A stretch of 58,189 bases of DNA, the filler included, from Sphacelaria rigidula (lineage: Eukaryota), in assembly GCA_964200075.2 (NCBI GenBank). It is 6 parts of 6 records of this genome, joined end to end, with 100 filler letters (N's around TTAATTAATTAA, not from the genome) between each part and the next. Parts side by side here need not be neighbours in the genome. Positions count along the whole stretch, not along the records: positions 1 to 9,616 come from CAXNAA020008093.1; positions 9,717 to 19,331 come from CAXNAA020008094.1; 4 more parts are not named here. One strand, written 5' to 3'. The notes below the pieces were generated by a model. It saw only the letters and a list, made by a program, of their open reading frames with translations, made no database searches and was not told the origin of the DNA. Positions 1 through 13,413 of this stretch are shown here, in pieces (position 1 is the first letter of the stretch; each line of letters begins with the position of its first letter). The translations under genes were made by a program, and so were the position numbers.

Positions 1-58
<58 letters not shown>

Positions 59-792
59 AGCGCACCCAAGGGGGGGGGGGGCAAGGTATGACACGGAAAA
101 CAGGAACGAAAGAGGATCCACCTCTGCTTCCGAGGCATGCTCACCGTCGCCATTCGCCGTTCATCAAACCATTATCCGTACGCCTACACGACCGAAACAC
201 GGCGCTACGCACAGATCAAATATACTGACTTTGGTGTGCAGTGAACATAGTGTTGCGTCCCGTACAGATCAAAACTACCGCGCGATTGGTTTTCAGTCCT
301 CTCGAACAAATCTTCTACGAATCCAGCCTGATTAGATACACTCCGGAGTACTATAAGTGCAACAGAGGGGACGATGCAAGTAGAGCGCGGCAGCAACTCT
401 GTTCAAGTCCTTCCTCAAACACGCTACGATCCTGACTGTACTTCCACACTAATCCAAAATATGACTACATGCGCTCCTCCCCAGCACATACGCAAATATC
501 AGTAATGAAAATCCAAGAGCAAAGAACATTGTTCTGTTCATGCCTGTACGACGAAAGCAGACGGACTCTTTCTTGTGTACAAAAATCAATTTTCTCGATG
601 GCAAAAAAAACAAAAGCTACTACGGTAGTTGCATTTAATTTCGTGCAACAAGGAACATCTCACACGGACAAGCAACTCATGTATGCATGTCCGACTCGAG
701 ACTCTCCGAGTTCAGACAATTCCGGAGCTACCGGTACTTCGTGCACTGCGCCCGCGCGCAGACTGAATCGAAACTCCGAGATGAAATGTGCC

Positions 793-1033
793 AGGTTTGG
801 TTCTGCAAAAAATAGGGTATGCCGGTTAAAAGTAGGATACAGTATTTACAGAGGTGTAAAAGAGGGTGTTTTATCGGCAAATAGCCTTTCAAACCATACC
901 CGATTGTTCGGAACAGGGCTCGATATCCTGCCGGACCATACCGTAGTGTTCGGAACACATTTCGGTAAGGTTTAGTATGTCAACCAAAAATCCCCCAGTT
1001 ACAGGTATACCCTATCTAAGCAGAACACAACCC
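793..1033. mobile_element. MITE-like interspersed repeat with imperfect TIRs
   Basis: Left AGGTTTGGTTCTGC..ATAGGGTAT pairs with right ATACCCTAT..GCAGAACACAACC. Interior is homologous in reverse to ~22920-23080. Similar termini at ~47450-47632. Confidence 0.55.
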
Positions 1034-1832
1034 CGGAAATGTGTGTTGGGGTGTGAGCTGGCTACTTGGCACGATAGGCGTCCGGACCAGGCCTTCCGGC
1101 AATTATTTTTCGCACTATTGACGCATCCCTCCCTCGTCAACAAAGACTAATCTGTCGTTTGAAAGAATCAGCGCGTCCGTCTCCCGGTACGTCCCTGACA
1201 ACACACGCCCATGCCACGATGCACGTAGAATGGCAACAAAACCCCCTTTCAAAACTGTCCACTGCAGATGAAACCAAAGCCCGAGGTGCGTGAAGGGCTC
1301 ATCTCTGGCTGGGTTTGAAGGACTGCTCACGTCCAGGATACGCGAAGGAGAGCTAGCATCATGCGCCAAAACAGTGTACAGCAGCCCGTTTGGGGCAGGA
1401 AGGCGTAGGCGCGCGACGTGTGCGCTGCATTACACAGAGCACGGGCTTTGAAAGGGGCATGGCTTGAGGGGGTCTTGTGCATGTCCGACATTACAGTTCT
1501 TCTTGTTGCGAGGGGGGAGGGGGGAGGGGGCTCGAGAGCGCGCTCACTTTTAGATAAAAAAAAACACCCAAGACTAACAACACTTCCGTGAAATACATGT
1601 TTCCATGAGTACAACCGTATTTTTACCCGGGGTCGGGTCCACAACTATGTGGGCGCTCTGTGGCATTTGTGTGGGATGCCAGTGCACATCATCTTTTCAG
1701 GCGCACTTCCAGAGCGGCGCATAGACGCACGCCACCGCGACATATCTGCGGCACATATGACAGACGACATCGAGTGTGACAACAGTTCGATCAACACTCA
1801 CGGGTGACAATGTTTCGGGAGGGGGGAAGGGG

Positions 1833-1975
1833 GTACTCATTTGTTGCTTGCCTTAGTAATTTGACTATTGACCACGCACCCCCTTCGTGACGGGGCACCG
1901 TTCCTACTCCTAATAGAGACACCTCCTACACTTGAGGCTCATTACGCCTCTTCCATACATTATACGTATTCCACG
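1833..1975 (+). repeat. High-copy interspersed repeat family (G-run + TACTCATTTGTTGCTTGCC...GACCACGCATCCCTTTCGAGACGG)
   Basis: Other copies at ~28720-28980, ~44758-44957, ~38862-39047 (-), ~31876-31961 (-) and 48424-48475 (-). Several scaffold ends fall in this family. Confidence 0.8.
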
Positions 1976-3386
1976 GAGGGGGTGGTCTATGGCGTACGGG
2001 TATTTGATGGTGTCACGCACGGTGAGCGTGAACTCGGAAGGGCCAATGGTGGCTGAAGCGGCCACGCGACAAAAAAAAGCACAACCAAGTATTTTGACAG
2101 GGCCACTGATGAAGTAGTAAATCTGTCAAGAAACCGACGAGGTGGAACAGCGGATACACACTTTTCTGATCGCTGAGGGTGACTGAAGACCAATGACGAA
2201 TCTATCCGTCACCGCGTGTTGGTCAACAGTCAACAGTCAAGCGGGGGGAATATGAGGTCACTCCAACGCGCCGTGTTTGATGAACCTAGACACAATCCAC
2301 GACAATCATGGATAAGCACAACTCAAGCGCGTTTCGGAACAGGGCCTTCTCTCCCCCTCTCCCTCTCTCTATTCATCTACACGAAGCCTCAGGCAGTGGA
2401 ATCGGTCAGTTGCGTGTATAACCACCAGAAGCGACAGCTACCGCGTCTGACAAATAAGATCGATCACATCCCCAGCCCGAAAAAGATATCAAGCGTGTCA
2501 CCCCATGTAAAACGTTCCCCGTGGTGTCTTTCCTATGGTCTCTTTCACCCCTCGGCCGCCCCCTCTACCCATCTCTCGGCCGATCTCTCTGTCCATCGCT
2601 CGCGAGTCACCGGGTACATGCCAGCATGTCAGCACTACCGTCACCGTGACAAAACCCTGCATACGCCCCGTGCGTGGGTTTTTGCGGCGCATTTTGATCA
2701 ACAAAAGTCCTACCAGTCCACGAGTGACCGCACGCCGTACATCATTGCATCGGCGCAAGGAGCTTAACACGGGGGCCAGAAAAAAAAAAACGCGGAAATT
2801 CCTCGATAAATCGACAGCGATCTGGACTCTGCGCCAATACACGACGCCCACTTCCATACAGTAGGCTGACACATCTCCAGAGACGCCTAGAGGAAGCCAT
2901 GACAAAACACAACCTGCACGCCGAAACGAATCGATTGGTCGGCTGCATCGTGCAAACTGATCCGTTACCAAGCCAGCCACGGTCCCAACATACATGCACC
3001 CGAGGAAGTGTGTGAATTCACGGGGAAACATCCGCTAAACAGAAACGCGATTCCGAGAAAGATAAAGGGCAACGCAAGTAAAGACGGAAAAATAAAAACA
3101 CGCCCCCTTCTGCTAGAGCGTGTTTCAGTTTCGTTTTTCACGGGGGCGTATGTCATGGGACCACGGCTGGACCCCTGGGGGGTCAGTTAAAGTGCGACAA
3201 CCAAGCAATCAAATCAAACCTCCACAGAAAAAAAAAGGGGTGGAAAACAGGGAGAATCAGCGAGAAGCTTGTAGGTTTTGTACGATCAGTGACGTCAAAT
3301 CTACGGCCGAAGCTCTCAAGAGCAGGCCGGCGCGTGCACTGCGCCAAGTTGATAAAGGGTTTTAGTGAGAGGATCCCCCACACTGC

Positions 3387-3446
3387 CTTGAGCCACCGCT
3401 CAAGGCGCCTTTTCCACATGACTGCCGCGTGGTGGTCTAGCCGAGC
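3387..3446 (-). CDS. Candidate exon of coiled-coil protein gene (ARLDHHAAVMWKRRLERWLK)
   Basis: Phase-0 exon after an AAG acceptor, in phase with exon 6081-6311. The donor would be AAG|GCAGTG (GC) or the GT 3 nt further on. Confidence 0.4.
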
Positions 3447-6080
3447 CTTCGGGTAATCGGCACACGAGCGCGCTTGCGAAACTCGTTTGCGGGGTAAGTG
3501 TTGGGTTGGGTTTCCTCCTTCCGCCAACGAGGAGAAAAAAAGTGACGTCAAGACACATGGCGTCAAGAGCACGTATGCGGAGGATGGGACCAACGGTACC
3601 ATTCGCGTCGATCAGAGGAGCATCTCGCCGTCTACACGTCTCTGCGCTTGCCTACTGTTATGCATCGCCACGTGGTATTTCTTTAAAAAGGGGGTTTCAT
3701 GTGTATGACATGTCTTCAGCATTCCCGCAGGGACAATCATCGCCAAGCACCTAGACTATAGCATATATATCGACATTGGAGCATCATCTCGAGTACTCTA
3801 CTCTCCCTTCAACGCTATGCCAACATGTTTCATCTGCCCCATCGTCATTTTTCGAGTAAGAATTTCGGTCAAACGACGACCTGTGGCTGTGAAAGGGTTA
3901 ACCCTTTGATCGACCGACATGGCAGGGTGTATAATCTGGCTCTTACAGCCAACAGCCATCATTCAACTGAATAATGGTGCCGGTTCAACTGATAATCATC
4001 TCTGACGACCTTAAGGGTCAATCAACCTCTCAACGTGGCCCCTACGGACAGCGGAATGGTTGAAACGCCCGCCCTTAACGTGGGATGGCCCGGCCGTGGT
4101 TTTACACCCTTATGAGCATACCAATTCAATATTCAGCTTAAGGGACTGGGGCTGTCATAAATGGACGCACAGTCAGTCACCAACATTAGCGAGCATGCCG
4201 CAAAAATGGTAGAGCGTGAACGGTATTTCACCGCTGTTCTCAAGAGGCATCTCTTCCGGGCCGTATGTTGGATCACCGTGAACGCTTGACTGAACGGCCG
4301 TAACTGCATAAATGACTGAAACAGGCACATCTTTCCATATGGATAGCATGCAAACATGGATCGCTATCTGTTCCGAAATATCCACAGTTTACGGGCGTGA
4401 CTGGTTAGTGTCTCTCATACACACGGCAAGACACGTGCGCCATTGAACGGCGGCAACCAGTTGAATAGATGGATGATGAACAAAAGTTCCGACTTGGATC
4501 GCGATGAAAATATATATGGTATCCATCTACATATCTCCATCCCGATTTTCTTGTTCTGAATCAACACAATTCACGGGGTCGAACAGTATCTGCCTGTTTG
4601 TCCAAAGGGCATGAAACTCTGTATGCATTCGAGTGGACGCAACCGAACAATGGAACTAATAAAATATCTGAGGTACATTTGTTCAGATGTCGCGTACAAG
4701 AGGTTCAACTGACTTCGTGACACAACGACGACTGCAGTGAATAAAGGACACTTCTGCCACTTCGACAGCATGCAAATGTACGTGCTTCGTGTTTTGATTT
4801 AAAAAATTAGTTTCAGGGCTCGGCCTGCACATACCCAGAGTACACACGATTGAAGTCCGCGTGCGTTAGTGGACACCTTCTTTGTCATCACCACAGGCAC
4901 ATTTACACTCACACAATAAAAAGCACAAACCATCAAACACAAACACGAACACATCACACGATATAGGGGAATGGCCAAATAGATGCACGTGTATACACGA
5001 GCGTTAGAGGACAAAGCGTGAATGACACGTCCTCGAGGTACACACACAAGGGGATCATACACCCTGGGACAAAAGATTGCGTTACAAAAAAGTGTACTGT
5101 GTACAGTGTCGACTATCGCGTCTACTGCATTAGACAATATATTCCACATTGTATGCAGTACACTTTTTTTTTACAAATGTGATCTCTTGCCATCATCCAG
5201 GGTGTGAAGGGGGATACAACCACAATTAACATGCACTAGAGAAACGAATGCACTCAGAGCACGCGGCACACAACCGTACGAAAACGTCTTACACCCGTCA
5301 AGAACGGCACCTGAAGAAAGCCCACGTCGTTGTCACCAAACAAACCGTTTTTTCGAAAAACAAAACAAAAGCAGAACGAGTGAGAGGACCGTTTGTTTCA
5401 AGCCCGTAAAACCAGCACCTCGAGCGCCCGCAGAAAAACAACCGACCCTGAGTATAATATTTCACGCGAAAAAGACGCCGACTTGGACTCCGATATATTT
5501 ACACCCCTGGGTGATTAGACGGTTAAATTGCGCCAAGCAAACGCGTGCGTGCGGCGCTGGCTGATCATCAAAACGTCTGTTGACGAAAACCGACTGGAAA
5601 TAGTCCAGTGAAATTAATGAAAAGATGCAACCAAGATACAAAAACAAGTAAATAAAACAAGTAAATAAAACAATCAACCAGTGCGTTATTTCTTCAGGGA
5701 GGAGAGCAGCGGCGTCAGAAAAAAAAAAAAATCGCGAGGTCCGCACAAAAAATCGAACTAGAACCCGCCGCAGCACCAGACTTGTTCGTGAGATGATGAT
5801 CGAAAACAGCAGAAAAGCTCGAGAGCATATCGCCTTACACACAGAGGAAAAACCCGGACAACACACTAGAAAGAGCAACGTAAAGTCATTCTGGAGGGTG
5901 ACAACCCACGGACAACCCGCACCATCCCTCACGCCCAACCCGCAAACCCCAAACTCGCTCGGACTCGAAACACGCCTCCACTTTAACCCCCCATGCCACC
6001 GACAACGCCGCGGCAAGCCCCATCCCCAGACCAATACCCAACAACAACACGACAAACAGCACGAAAGTCGGGCTGCTTGC

Positions 6081-6311
6081 CTTGATCAAGTCGTCGGCAG
6101 CCTCTGGATCCTTCGCTGCACCATGCAATGACCCGTTCAGCGCCGCGTCCCCCCCTCCCCCGTCGCCTTCCTCCCCCACAGTCGCCGCTGCTGCTGCGCC
6201 ATCCGATTTTTCAGGCGTTGTCGACATACGCGCGGGCAAGACGAGGGACAGGGTGCTGCCGCCTCCCATCGTGGGCCGGCTGCCGAGTCGGCCGACCTCC
6301 TGCTGGAGGTC
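6081..6311 (-). CDS. Exon of unknown coiled-coil protein (DLQQEVGRLGSRP...KDPEAADDLIK)
   Basis: CCCTTGCAG acceptor, 77 GC-rich codons, phase 0/0, donor AAG|GCAAGC (GC type). Confidence 0.7.
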
Positions 6312-6952
6312 CTGCAAGGGTGCGCGGTCGTCAGCGGGTACACGAAGTTAACTGATTGCGCGAGTGATTGATTGGAGATCGTGCATGAACTGATCCGCTA
6401 CGCATCCCAGCCGCGACGGCAAGATAGACACACCCACAGCGAACCCCCAGAAACAATCGCTAAAGCAAGCTCGAGAACAGAAGAGACATGAAGAGTACGG
6501 AAAACGGAGACATGAGGCCACGAACTGGAGTTGGTCTCGAGAGAAAGTCCCACCAGGTCCCTCCCAGGGTTTGCAGGGGAAAAGGCTGTTCCGAAAGCAA
6601 GGCTATCAAAGCGGATTGCGACTCATTGCGACTCACATTTTCAGGGACCTTACTATTTATTAGGCGCGAACACTCAGCTGCTGACTCTGAAGGAGAGACG
6701 CTATTAATAAAACGAACACCGTGGCATGAAACCCCTCCCCGACCACAGGGTCAGGCGCACAGCCTCCTGCCCCAGCTGTTGTGGGCCCGAAACTAAAAAA
6801 AACAGACACGCACGGCGTCGGGAACCAACGTAAGGAAATCCCTTCACCATATTTCCTTTTTCATGCATGTTTTTTTTGTTCATGAGGCGCATCTCATGAG
6901 AGAGTCGCGGCTGCAGACGGTACAAAAGAGTTGTTCCTGGGCTGCTACACAC

Positions 6953-7003
6953 CTCATAGCTGCGCACGCGGAGCATAAAATCTGCTAGCTGTCTCAGCCA
7001 ATC
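6953..7003 (-). CDS. Exon of unknown coiled-coil protein (DWLRQLADFMLRVRSYE)
   Basis: TTTTTCAG acceptor, GAG|GTGTGT donor, 51 nt, phase 0/0, fits flanking exons. Confidence 0.55.
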
Positions 7004-7436
7004 CTGAAAAATTCGCGATCACAACAGTTCTTGTAGAAGAATCCGAAGGTGCTAAAATACGGTACACACCCCGAGATACCCTAGCTCTTGAGGGTACTTG
7101 GAGCACCCAGACTTCACGGCACGGTACGCAGGTGTATCGCCTGCCGAAGTATTGGACACCTTTTGGCATCTCGGGTACCAGCACTGCGCAATACCCGATG
7201 TGGTACCCGGAAAACTGAGTCCAAATGCGAGTACGCCGGGTGCCCGCGGTATCGACTGCTGATAATACTGTGTATTTGGACTACCACGGGTATCCGCCCC
7301 ACAAAATACCCGGTCCGGTATCGGACTAGTCAGTGCTCCGGGTCAACAGGGAACACACACCCCCAAGGTTATGCCCCCTACCCTACCCCAAGCACACATA
7401 AAAACCTCATGGTGCCGGAGTTATGGGATGGCATAC

Positions 7437-7545
7437 CTCAAGGTCCGACCGCAAAGATTGCTCCGTGCGCAGTGCCTCTGCCCGCAGATCCTCAAGATCA
7501 TTGCTTACAAAAATCTTTTCTTCTATCGCCAGGTCTAGCTTGTGC
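7437..7545 (-). CDS. Exon of unknown coiled-coil protein (HKLDLAIEEKIFVSNDLEDLRAEALRTEQSLRSDLE)
   Basis: CGCAG acceptor, GAG|GTATGC donor; phase 2 start matches the phase 2 end of exon 8374-8513; heptad-like sequence. Confidence 0.75.
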
Positions 7546-8373
7546 CTGCGTTTCCCATCACGGAACGAGAAGTAACAACAAAAAAATGAAGCATCGCTAT
7601 GAGAAAGAAAGCGAAGTCGAAGTTGACTGAGTCAAGTCAAAAACGAACGCGTCGACAGACGCATGTGACGAGGCACACGGCCGTACATTGACTCCACCAC
7701 GTCCCTGATCGCGTTTGAAAAATCCTACACCCCGGAACATTTATCTTGACTAGTGCCAACAAGTGACTTCTGTAGTTATCGATATCAGGGGGAACGGCGT
7801 GGGCGTGGCGGACATTTCTCGGCTTTGAGCAGGGAAATAGCAGGATGGCCGTGCTGATCACGCGAGAATGTTATTTATTGATTGTGAGGGCAGTTGTTGA
7901 CTTTCTCGGTAAGGCCAAAAAGTGAGGTGCCTAGGGTGGTACTTGGTGGTACGATAACCCCATAAGCAGTACACGTACTTTGTGGTATCTTCTTCGGTGG
8001 GGGTGCGCTTTGGGGGGAAAGCCTCCAAATAACACATCTCTACTTCTTTTTTTCGAAGCGAGTTTGTACGGATGACGAAGGACTGGTCCAGTTTTGAAAC
8101 ACACCCATGCATTTCCTCACTCTCTTCTGTTACTCGCATTTTAGGTTACTCAAATTATTTTCTCCTTCTATTCTCATCCCCCCTCTTCTCGAGTTTCCGT
8201 TAGCGAGCGCGTCCCTTGTTAACCACCTTGGGTACGTTGATCTTGTGACGACTGGATTCCTGGAAAATCGGGTGATGCGCGACAATCAGTTGATCAATAC
8301 TGCTGGGTATGTCACAGAACGTATTTTACATACCAGCCTCGTACAGTGCAGCGGAAAATTTGACGGAACGCAC

Positions 8374-8513
8374 CGAAAGTCCTCTTCCGCTGCCACTGCC
8401 GCGCGAAGCTTAGCTTCGAGCTCATCTGTAGCTTGTTCTAGCGCTGCCTTCTCCGCTACTTCTCGGGAGATGGCCGCCCGATACCGGGCGCTCTCCGATT
8501 GGGCCGCGACCAC
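8374..8513 (-). CDS. Exon of unknown coiled-coil protein (VVAAQSESARYRAAISREVAEKAALEQATDELEAKLRAAVAAEEDFR)
   Basis: CAACAG acceptor, CG|GTGCGT donor, A/E/L/K-rich helical sequence. Confidence 0.75.
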
Positions 8514-8956
8514 CTGTTGTTGCGGTGTTTGGTGTGTGTATGTAGGGGGGGGGGAGGGGGGACAAAGTAGGGTAGATTTACGTTTTGCCTTCAATTCTCG
8601 GTGCTTATGCATGACCCAGATTCAGAAATGCTTGCCGTTTTGACGCAGATCGACTAGCGTCGACCATTTCGCAGCCGAAAGCTGCATTTGATCGTTTCTG
8701 CCGATGTCACTGGGCTATTCCAGCGCACGGCCTCGAAAATACCAGTACTACAAAAGCATACGTACAAGATACGTTGCTTGCATATATCACAGCAGTACCG
8801 TAGCAGCCAGTGTGCATGCATCATATGTAAAGCACGAACCCGATGAAAATAGTTCGCAGTGAAAATGAACACTCGACCTCATTCAAAACCTGCCAGGGGT
8901 TCTCGACAACCGAATGCTAGGAGCTGGGCCAGCCTGGAGGCGGATTTGAAGTTTGC

Positions 8957-9229
8957 AGGCTCATGCTCTTCTATACATTTAAAGTTGGGCCCTGAAATGT
9001 GGTATGGAGAATGCATAGGGCATAAAAAAAAATACTTCGGTATCATTTTTTTTTTCTTCATGGGTCAGGGGCATTTTACTGATACCTGAAAACCGATTAT
9101 TGCCCTTGATTCATGAAAAAAAAAAAACACTTTTGATGCCGAAGTTTTATTTTTATTTTTTTATGCCCTATGTACTGTCCATACCAAATTTCAGGGTCCA
9201 ACTTTGAATGTATAGAAGAGCATGGGCCT
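8957..9229. mobile_element. Foldback/MITE-like palindrome (~270 bp)
   Basis: Arms of ~120 bp: AGGCTCATGCTCTTCTATACATT... and ...AATGTATAGAAGAGCATGGGCCT. Confidence 0.75.
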
Positions 9230-9616
9230 ATAGAAAACGGGTCGGTAGAAATTTGGAACAGTATTTCGCAGGCCACTCACCGGCCCACGTTTGGTTTTCG
9301 TGTATTGAAATTTGGTATGGGCGCTCTCTGAGGCATATTAAACAAAAAACAGTGGGTCAGGTTGATTTTTGTCATTTTTTTCCACAAGTTTAGGGCGTTC
9401 TACTACGGTGAAGACCATTTTTTCACGAAAACGCCCTAACTTGAAAAAAAAAATGAAGGCCCATTTTTTTTTATTCGGCACTATTTTGTGGTTCTCCACA
9501 CTAAAATTTGTCGCCATCCGCTAAATACATCGATCGGGAGTTTCATGGAGATTCTAGTATTGGCAAGGTACTGGCGCCATCTCTCTAGGTATAGGAATTA
9601 CTGGACATGGGGTTTA

Positions 9617-9716
9617 NNNNNNNNNNNNNNNNNNNNNNNNNNNNNNNNNNNNNNNNNNNNTTAATTAATTAANNNNNNNNNNNNNNNNNNNNNNNNNNNN
9701 NNNNNNNNNNNNNNNN
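9617..9716. other. Artificial scaffold linker (44 N + TTAATTAATTAA + 44 N)
   Basis: Exactly 100 nt; core has stops in all six frames; identical at five positions. Confidence 0.97.
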
Positions 9717-10043
9717 CTATCAACTATAGCTGGCAATCTCCTTCTCTGCATATTCTTCACGCTATATTGCCATCGCAATTTTTTCATGTCTCTCTTTGTT
9801 TTAAGTGAGTACATTCCCAACTCTGCTCTCAAAACTGTATTACTCGTCGTTTTTGGGTATCCAAGTATCTTCTTAGCTGCTGCCATCTGTACTGTTTTCA
9901 ATTTCTTCACCAACTTCACCTTCCCCTCCCACACTTATCCTGCATATTCCAGCTGTGGTACGACCACGTTCATCAGTATACATTTCTTAATCCCAGTGTC
10001 CAGAGGAGAGTCTGTGAGGACCACGTCTATCCTTCCTATCTGA
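9717..10043 (-). mobile_element. Non-LTR retrotransposon (LINE, RTE/RTEX-like) ORF fragment, region just after the RT core
   Basis: Translation VVPQLEYAG*VWEG...KLKTVQMAAAKKILGYPKTTSNTVLRAELGMYSLKTKRDMKKLRWQY fits the LINE post-RT pattern. It has an in-frame stop and is cut by the scaffold end. Confidence 0.8.
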
Positions 10044-10594
10044 CGTTGCACGGTCTCCGATGCGCAGCCTCCGTAGAGGACCTCTTGGAACAGCACTCTA
10101 GAGAGTAGATCTGCTTCGGGATTGGGTTCTACGCGACAGTTTTGACTACTGGCTTACTCACTGCTACTAGTTACTCTGCGTAGACACCAGTACATGGCAA
10201 GGTAGTCGGAGAGGTGACACGCCAGGGGGGTTTAATAGCTTTCAGTAGGTATCCTGTAGTTCAATCAGTCTTATACGGATCTTTCGTAGTGTAGGTGCTC
10301 TTTTTGCGTGTAGATGTTTGTTTCTCGCCTTCCTCTGCGGGCTGTTGGAGTTATGGGTATGGGTGGTGTGCTCCGTGCACTCTGTCACCACGGGTTCGAG
10401 AGATCGATCTAATGTGACGGATGTAATTAAATTACCGCGATATCTCTAAAAACAACAGTACCGAAGACGATATAACACTTGATGTTTGTAGGCCACCTGA
10501 CGAATCTGTTTCGATCGAGTCTCGAGTAGTACGAGAATAGTGACACTTGTGTTTCTGAAGTGATTTAAAAAAAAATGTTTTGGTCGTCCCGTGC

Positions 10595-10696
10595 CTGGTT
10601 CGCCGTGAGATTAATGCTGGTGATGCTCTTGTGATCCTGAAGGACTTCGGCGATGGCGTGAGCACCCTCCCCGGCGTTGTTGTACTCCAGGTTCAT
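10595..10696 (-). CDS. RNI-like LRR protein, 4th visible exon (MNLEYNNAGEGAHAIAEVLQDHKSITSINLTANQ)
   Basis: GTTCCAG acceptor, phase 0, LxxLxLxxN pattern continues from exon 13285-13413. Likely donor CAG|GCACGG (GC). Confidence 0.8.
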
Positions 10697-10877
10697 CTGG
10701 AACGAGTGAGTGACATACAGCAAGCAGCACGGAATCACGCAGCAGAGTTTGATGAACCCCCCAGACGAAAACATGGTTGATCCTTCAATGGCGACTATGG
10801 CGAGACCGTAGCAATAGCAGTCAGTACGCTGGGACTACTTGCAAGCGGGATTATGGGTTCGACTCCGACTGATCCAG

Positions 10878-11135
10878 CAGAGTGATGCTACGGTTGGGGT
10901 ACACAAATATTTTCTAAGGTTAGAATTGCTAGGAGCTCTTGATCTCATCCAAAACACGACCTATGAAATATGCGAGAGTACCCCAGGATTACTTTCAATG
11001 TGCTGGGAATATCCCGAATAAGTCTGCAAACGGGGATGCCCTGACCCATGTTCTTGTGCGTCTAGAATCGTTAGGAGCTCCTGAGCCAGACAAAATTGCG
11101 CGAAAAAAGTGCACCCCTACCGTAGCATTGCTCAG
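10878..11135. mobile_element. MITE, ~255 bp, TIR ATGCTACGGTAGGGGTGCAC (possibly hAT-related)
   Basis: Terminal inverted repeats; same family at 23444-23705 (reverse) and ~34231-34481 (decayed); no clear TSD. Confidence 0.8.
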
Positions 11136-11844
11136 CAGAGGCGGGGTTTCGCGCTGATATCCGTCATCCGGGCGGAGGGACATCCCGCTGAGTTGGTCAA
11201 AACAGTTCGATGCAAGTCAACAGGCTTCCCAAAGGAGTGGTGATGATCCAAATTCTCGATCATTAAAGTGCAACTCGAGGAGAACGAGCCCTGGGGGGAA
11301 TAGCTCGATATCTTAAGATCGCGAACTCATCCCGTGGAGGCGGGGGGGGGGGGGGGGGTGTACGACGAACAAAAATAGGACACTCATAGTTATGAGAGAC
11401 CAGGCGAGGGGCGAAAAGTAAANNNNNNNNNNATTAACGCGCATCTCCAGCCGACCCCGCCCTGGGGGGAATCGCTATATTTCTTAAGCCCGTGAACTCC
11501 TCCCGGGTGGGCGGGGGGGGGGGGGGGCTGTACGACGAACAAAAATAGGACACTCATAGTTATGAGAGACCAGGCGAGGTGTGAAATCGAAACACACGAG
11601 TGTGATGGGGGAGATCACGGCGGAACTCTCGCATTTTTGCATTGCCTCGCTCGGAAGGTAACGAAGTAGGATAGAAGTACTTTCGAGTTCGGGCTAGGGT
11701 TTTGTGGTTCCCCTCCGAGTACCAAAGCAAGAAGTCTCCCGAAGAATGTTCCGGGCTAGAAACCAAAACACAGTTAGCCGGCTTTATACACGAGCCATCC
11801 TACATCTGTGACCACGGGTTCGAGAGATTGGCTAATGTACGGAA

Positions 11845-12090
<246 letters not shown>

Positions 12091-12403
12091 GAGAATACAC
12101 ACTAGGTGTGTTACATCAGTACATCAAGCGGCACACTTTCCCACAAGTTTCCCACAAGTACTACTACACTCCATGACTAATTTCCATGGCATCGCCGAAA
12201 ATTCACTGACGACCGTCCTCCAACTGACCCTTTGGTTGTTCGTGAACTGCGGTTCTTGAACGGCCATACTGCCTTGATCATGTATCCAGTTTATTATCGC
12301 ACATCAAATAATTGATTGATCGATAAGTTGATTGATTGTTTGATTGGTGGTCGCACATTAACAGATTCCGGAGGGACCCACCCTTGATCACAAGATAGAC
12401 TTA

Positions 12404-12790
12404 ACAGATTACTTTCGAAAAATAAGTTAAATATTAAAATGGAGTTCAACTCCAAAACAGTGCTCTCACTGACCTGAAGTTATGACAAATGAGTTTCGTA
12501 TGGAAAAACTCATGCTCCCAAACTCCCTGAAACTCTTTTCGGGGGCTTCCCGTCTTCCGTTCCCTCCAAGGATACGTGCGAACGCACCGGTTTGCCTCGA
12601 TTTCGGGGGTGAAAAAAGAGACGCTTTATAGCTCGAAAATGATGTTTTCGCACATATCCTTCGATTGGGAAAATGGAAGACGGGGAACCCCCCAAGAGAG
12701 TCATTTCTCATGACTTTAGGTCAGGGAGAGCACTCTTTCGGAGTTGAACCTCCATTTTAATGTTTAACCTCATTTTCAAAAGTGATATGT
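12404..12790. mobile_element. Palindromic MITE with TA target duplication (Tc1/mariner-type)
   Basis: Long diverged inverted arms; TA at 12402-12403 and 12791-12792. The empty site is visible in the sister repeat copy near 13885. Confidence 0.8.
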
Positions 12791-13284
12791 TACGTATGTA
12801 CCCGAGGTAGACGGAAACGCAAAATCTCGGTGTATAAAGGGGAAAAGTAAAAAAACAGAAAAGACGGGGTAGGGTGAGTAAACTGAAAAAATAAACAAGA
12901 AAACGAGCAAACAAACAAACGAACGAACGAACGAACGAACGAACGAACGAAACCGACCAGGAAACCATAAACTAGGAACGGTCCGCCTCTGCAACATGGC
13001 CTCAGGTGAAGATCTTGCGCAAAACAGCACGACATGCCCTCATAGTCCAAGAGAAAACAAAAAATACCGTGAGAGCAAAATGGCCGTGCCCCGAGGAATC
13101 CAAATGTGCATGGTCACGAGATGAGTGTACCCCAAGGTCAATAGAAACGGAAACAATCGCTGAAAAGGAAGCTCGAAAAAGTAGGAACAAGAAATTGGCG
13201 CAATAAACCAAGTCATGCTGGTTGGAAGCAGAAAGCGTTTGTCCTCCCCCGACAGTTCGGACACAGTACCCGCTGTACGCTAAC

Positions 13285-13413
13285 CTGGGCGATTGACTTG
13301 TTCCACTTTAGCGCGTCCGCCAATTCTTCGATCGCCTGTTTGTTCAGGTTGTTCCACCCCAGCTCAAGCGTCCGCAGGCACAAGCCACCGGCTAGCAGAG
13401 GCCCTGCGCAATC
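13285..13413 (-). CDS. RNI-like LRR protein, 3rd visible exon (DCAGPLLAGGLCLRTLELGWNNLNKQAIEELADALKWNKSIAQ)
   Basis: ACACAG acceptor, CAG|GTTAGC donor, 129 nt phase 0/0, LRR consensus. Confidence 0.85.

Noticed and set aside
1332..2922. Additional minus-strand exons near 2860-2922, 2610-2663 and 1332-1424
   Set aside because: Phases can be chained, but the peptides are unrecognisable and do not connect cleanly to the upstream exon; insufficient support.
8374..10696. Joining the LRR exons to the coiled-coil exons as one gene
   Set aside because: They are separated by an artificial linker between size-sorted scaffolds.
11290..11580. Tandem duplication around a 10-N gap
   Set aside because: Both copies contain a poly-G run and flank a gap; likely overlapping low-quality contig ends.
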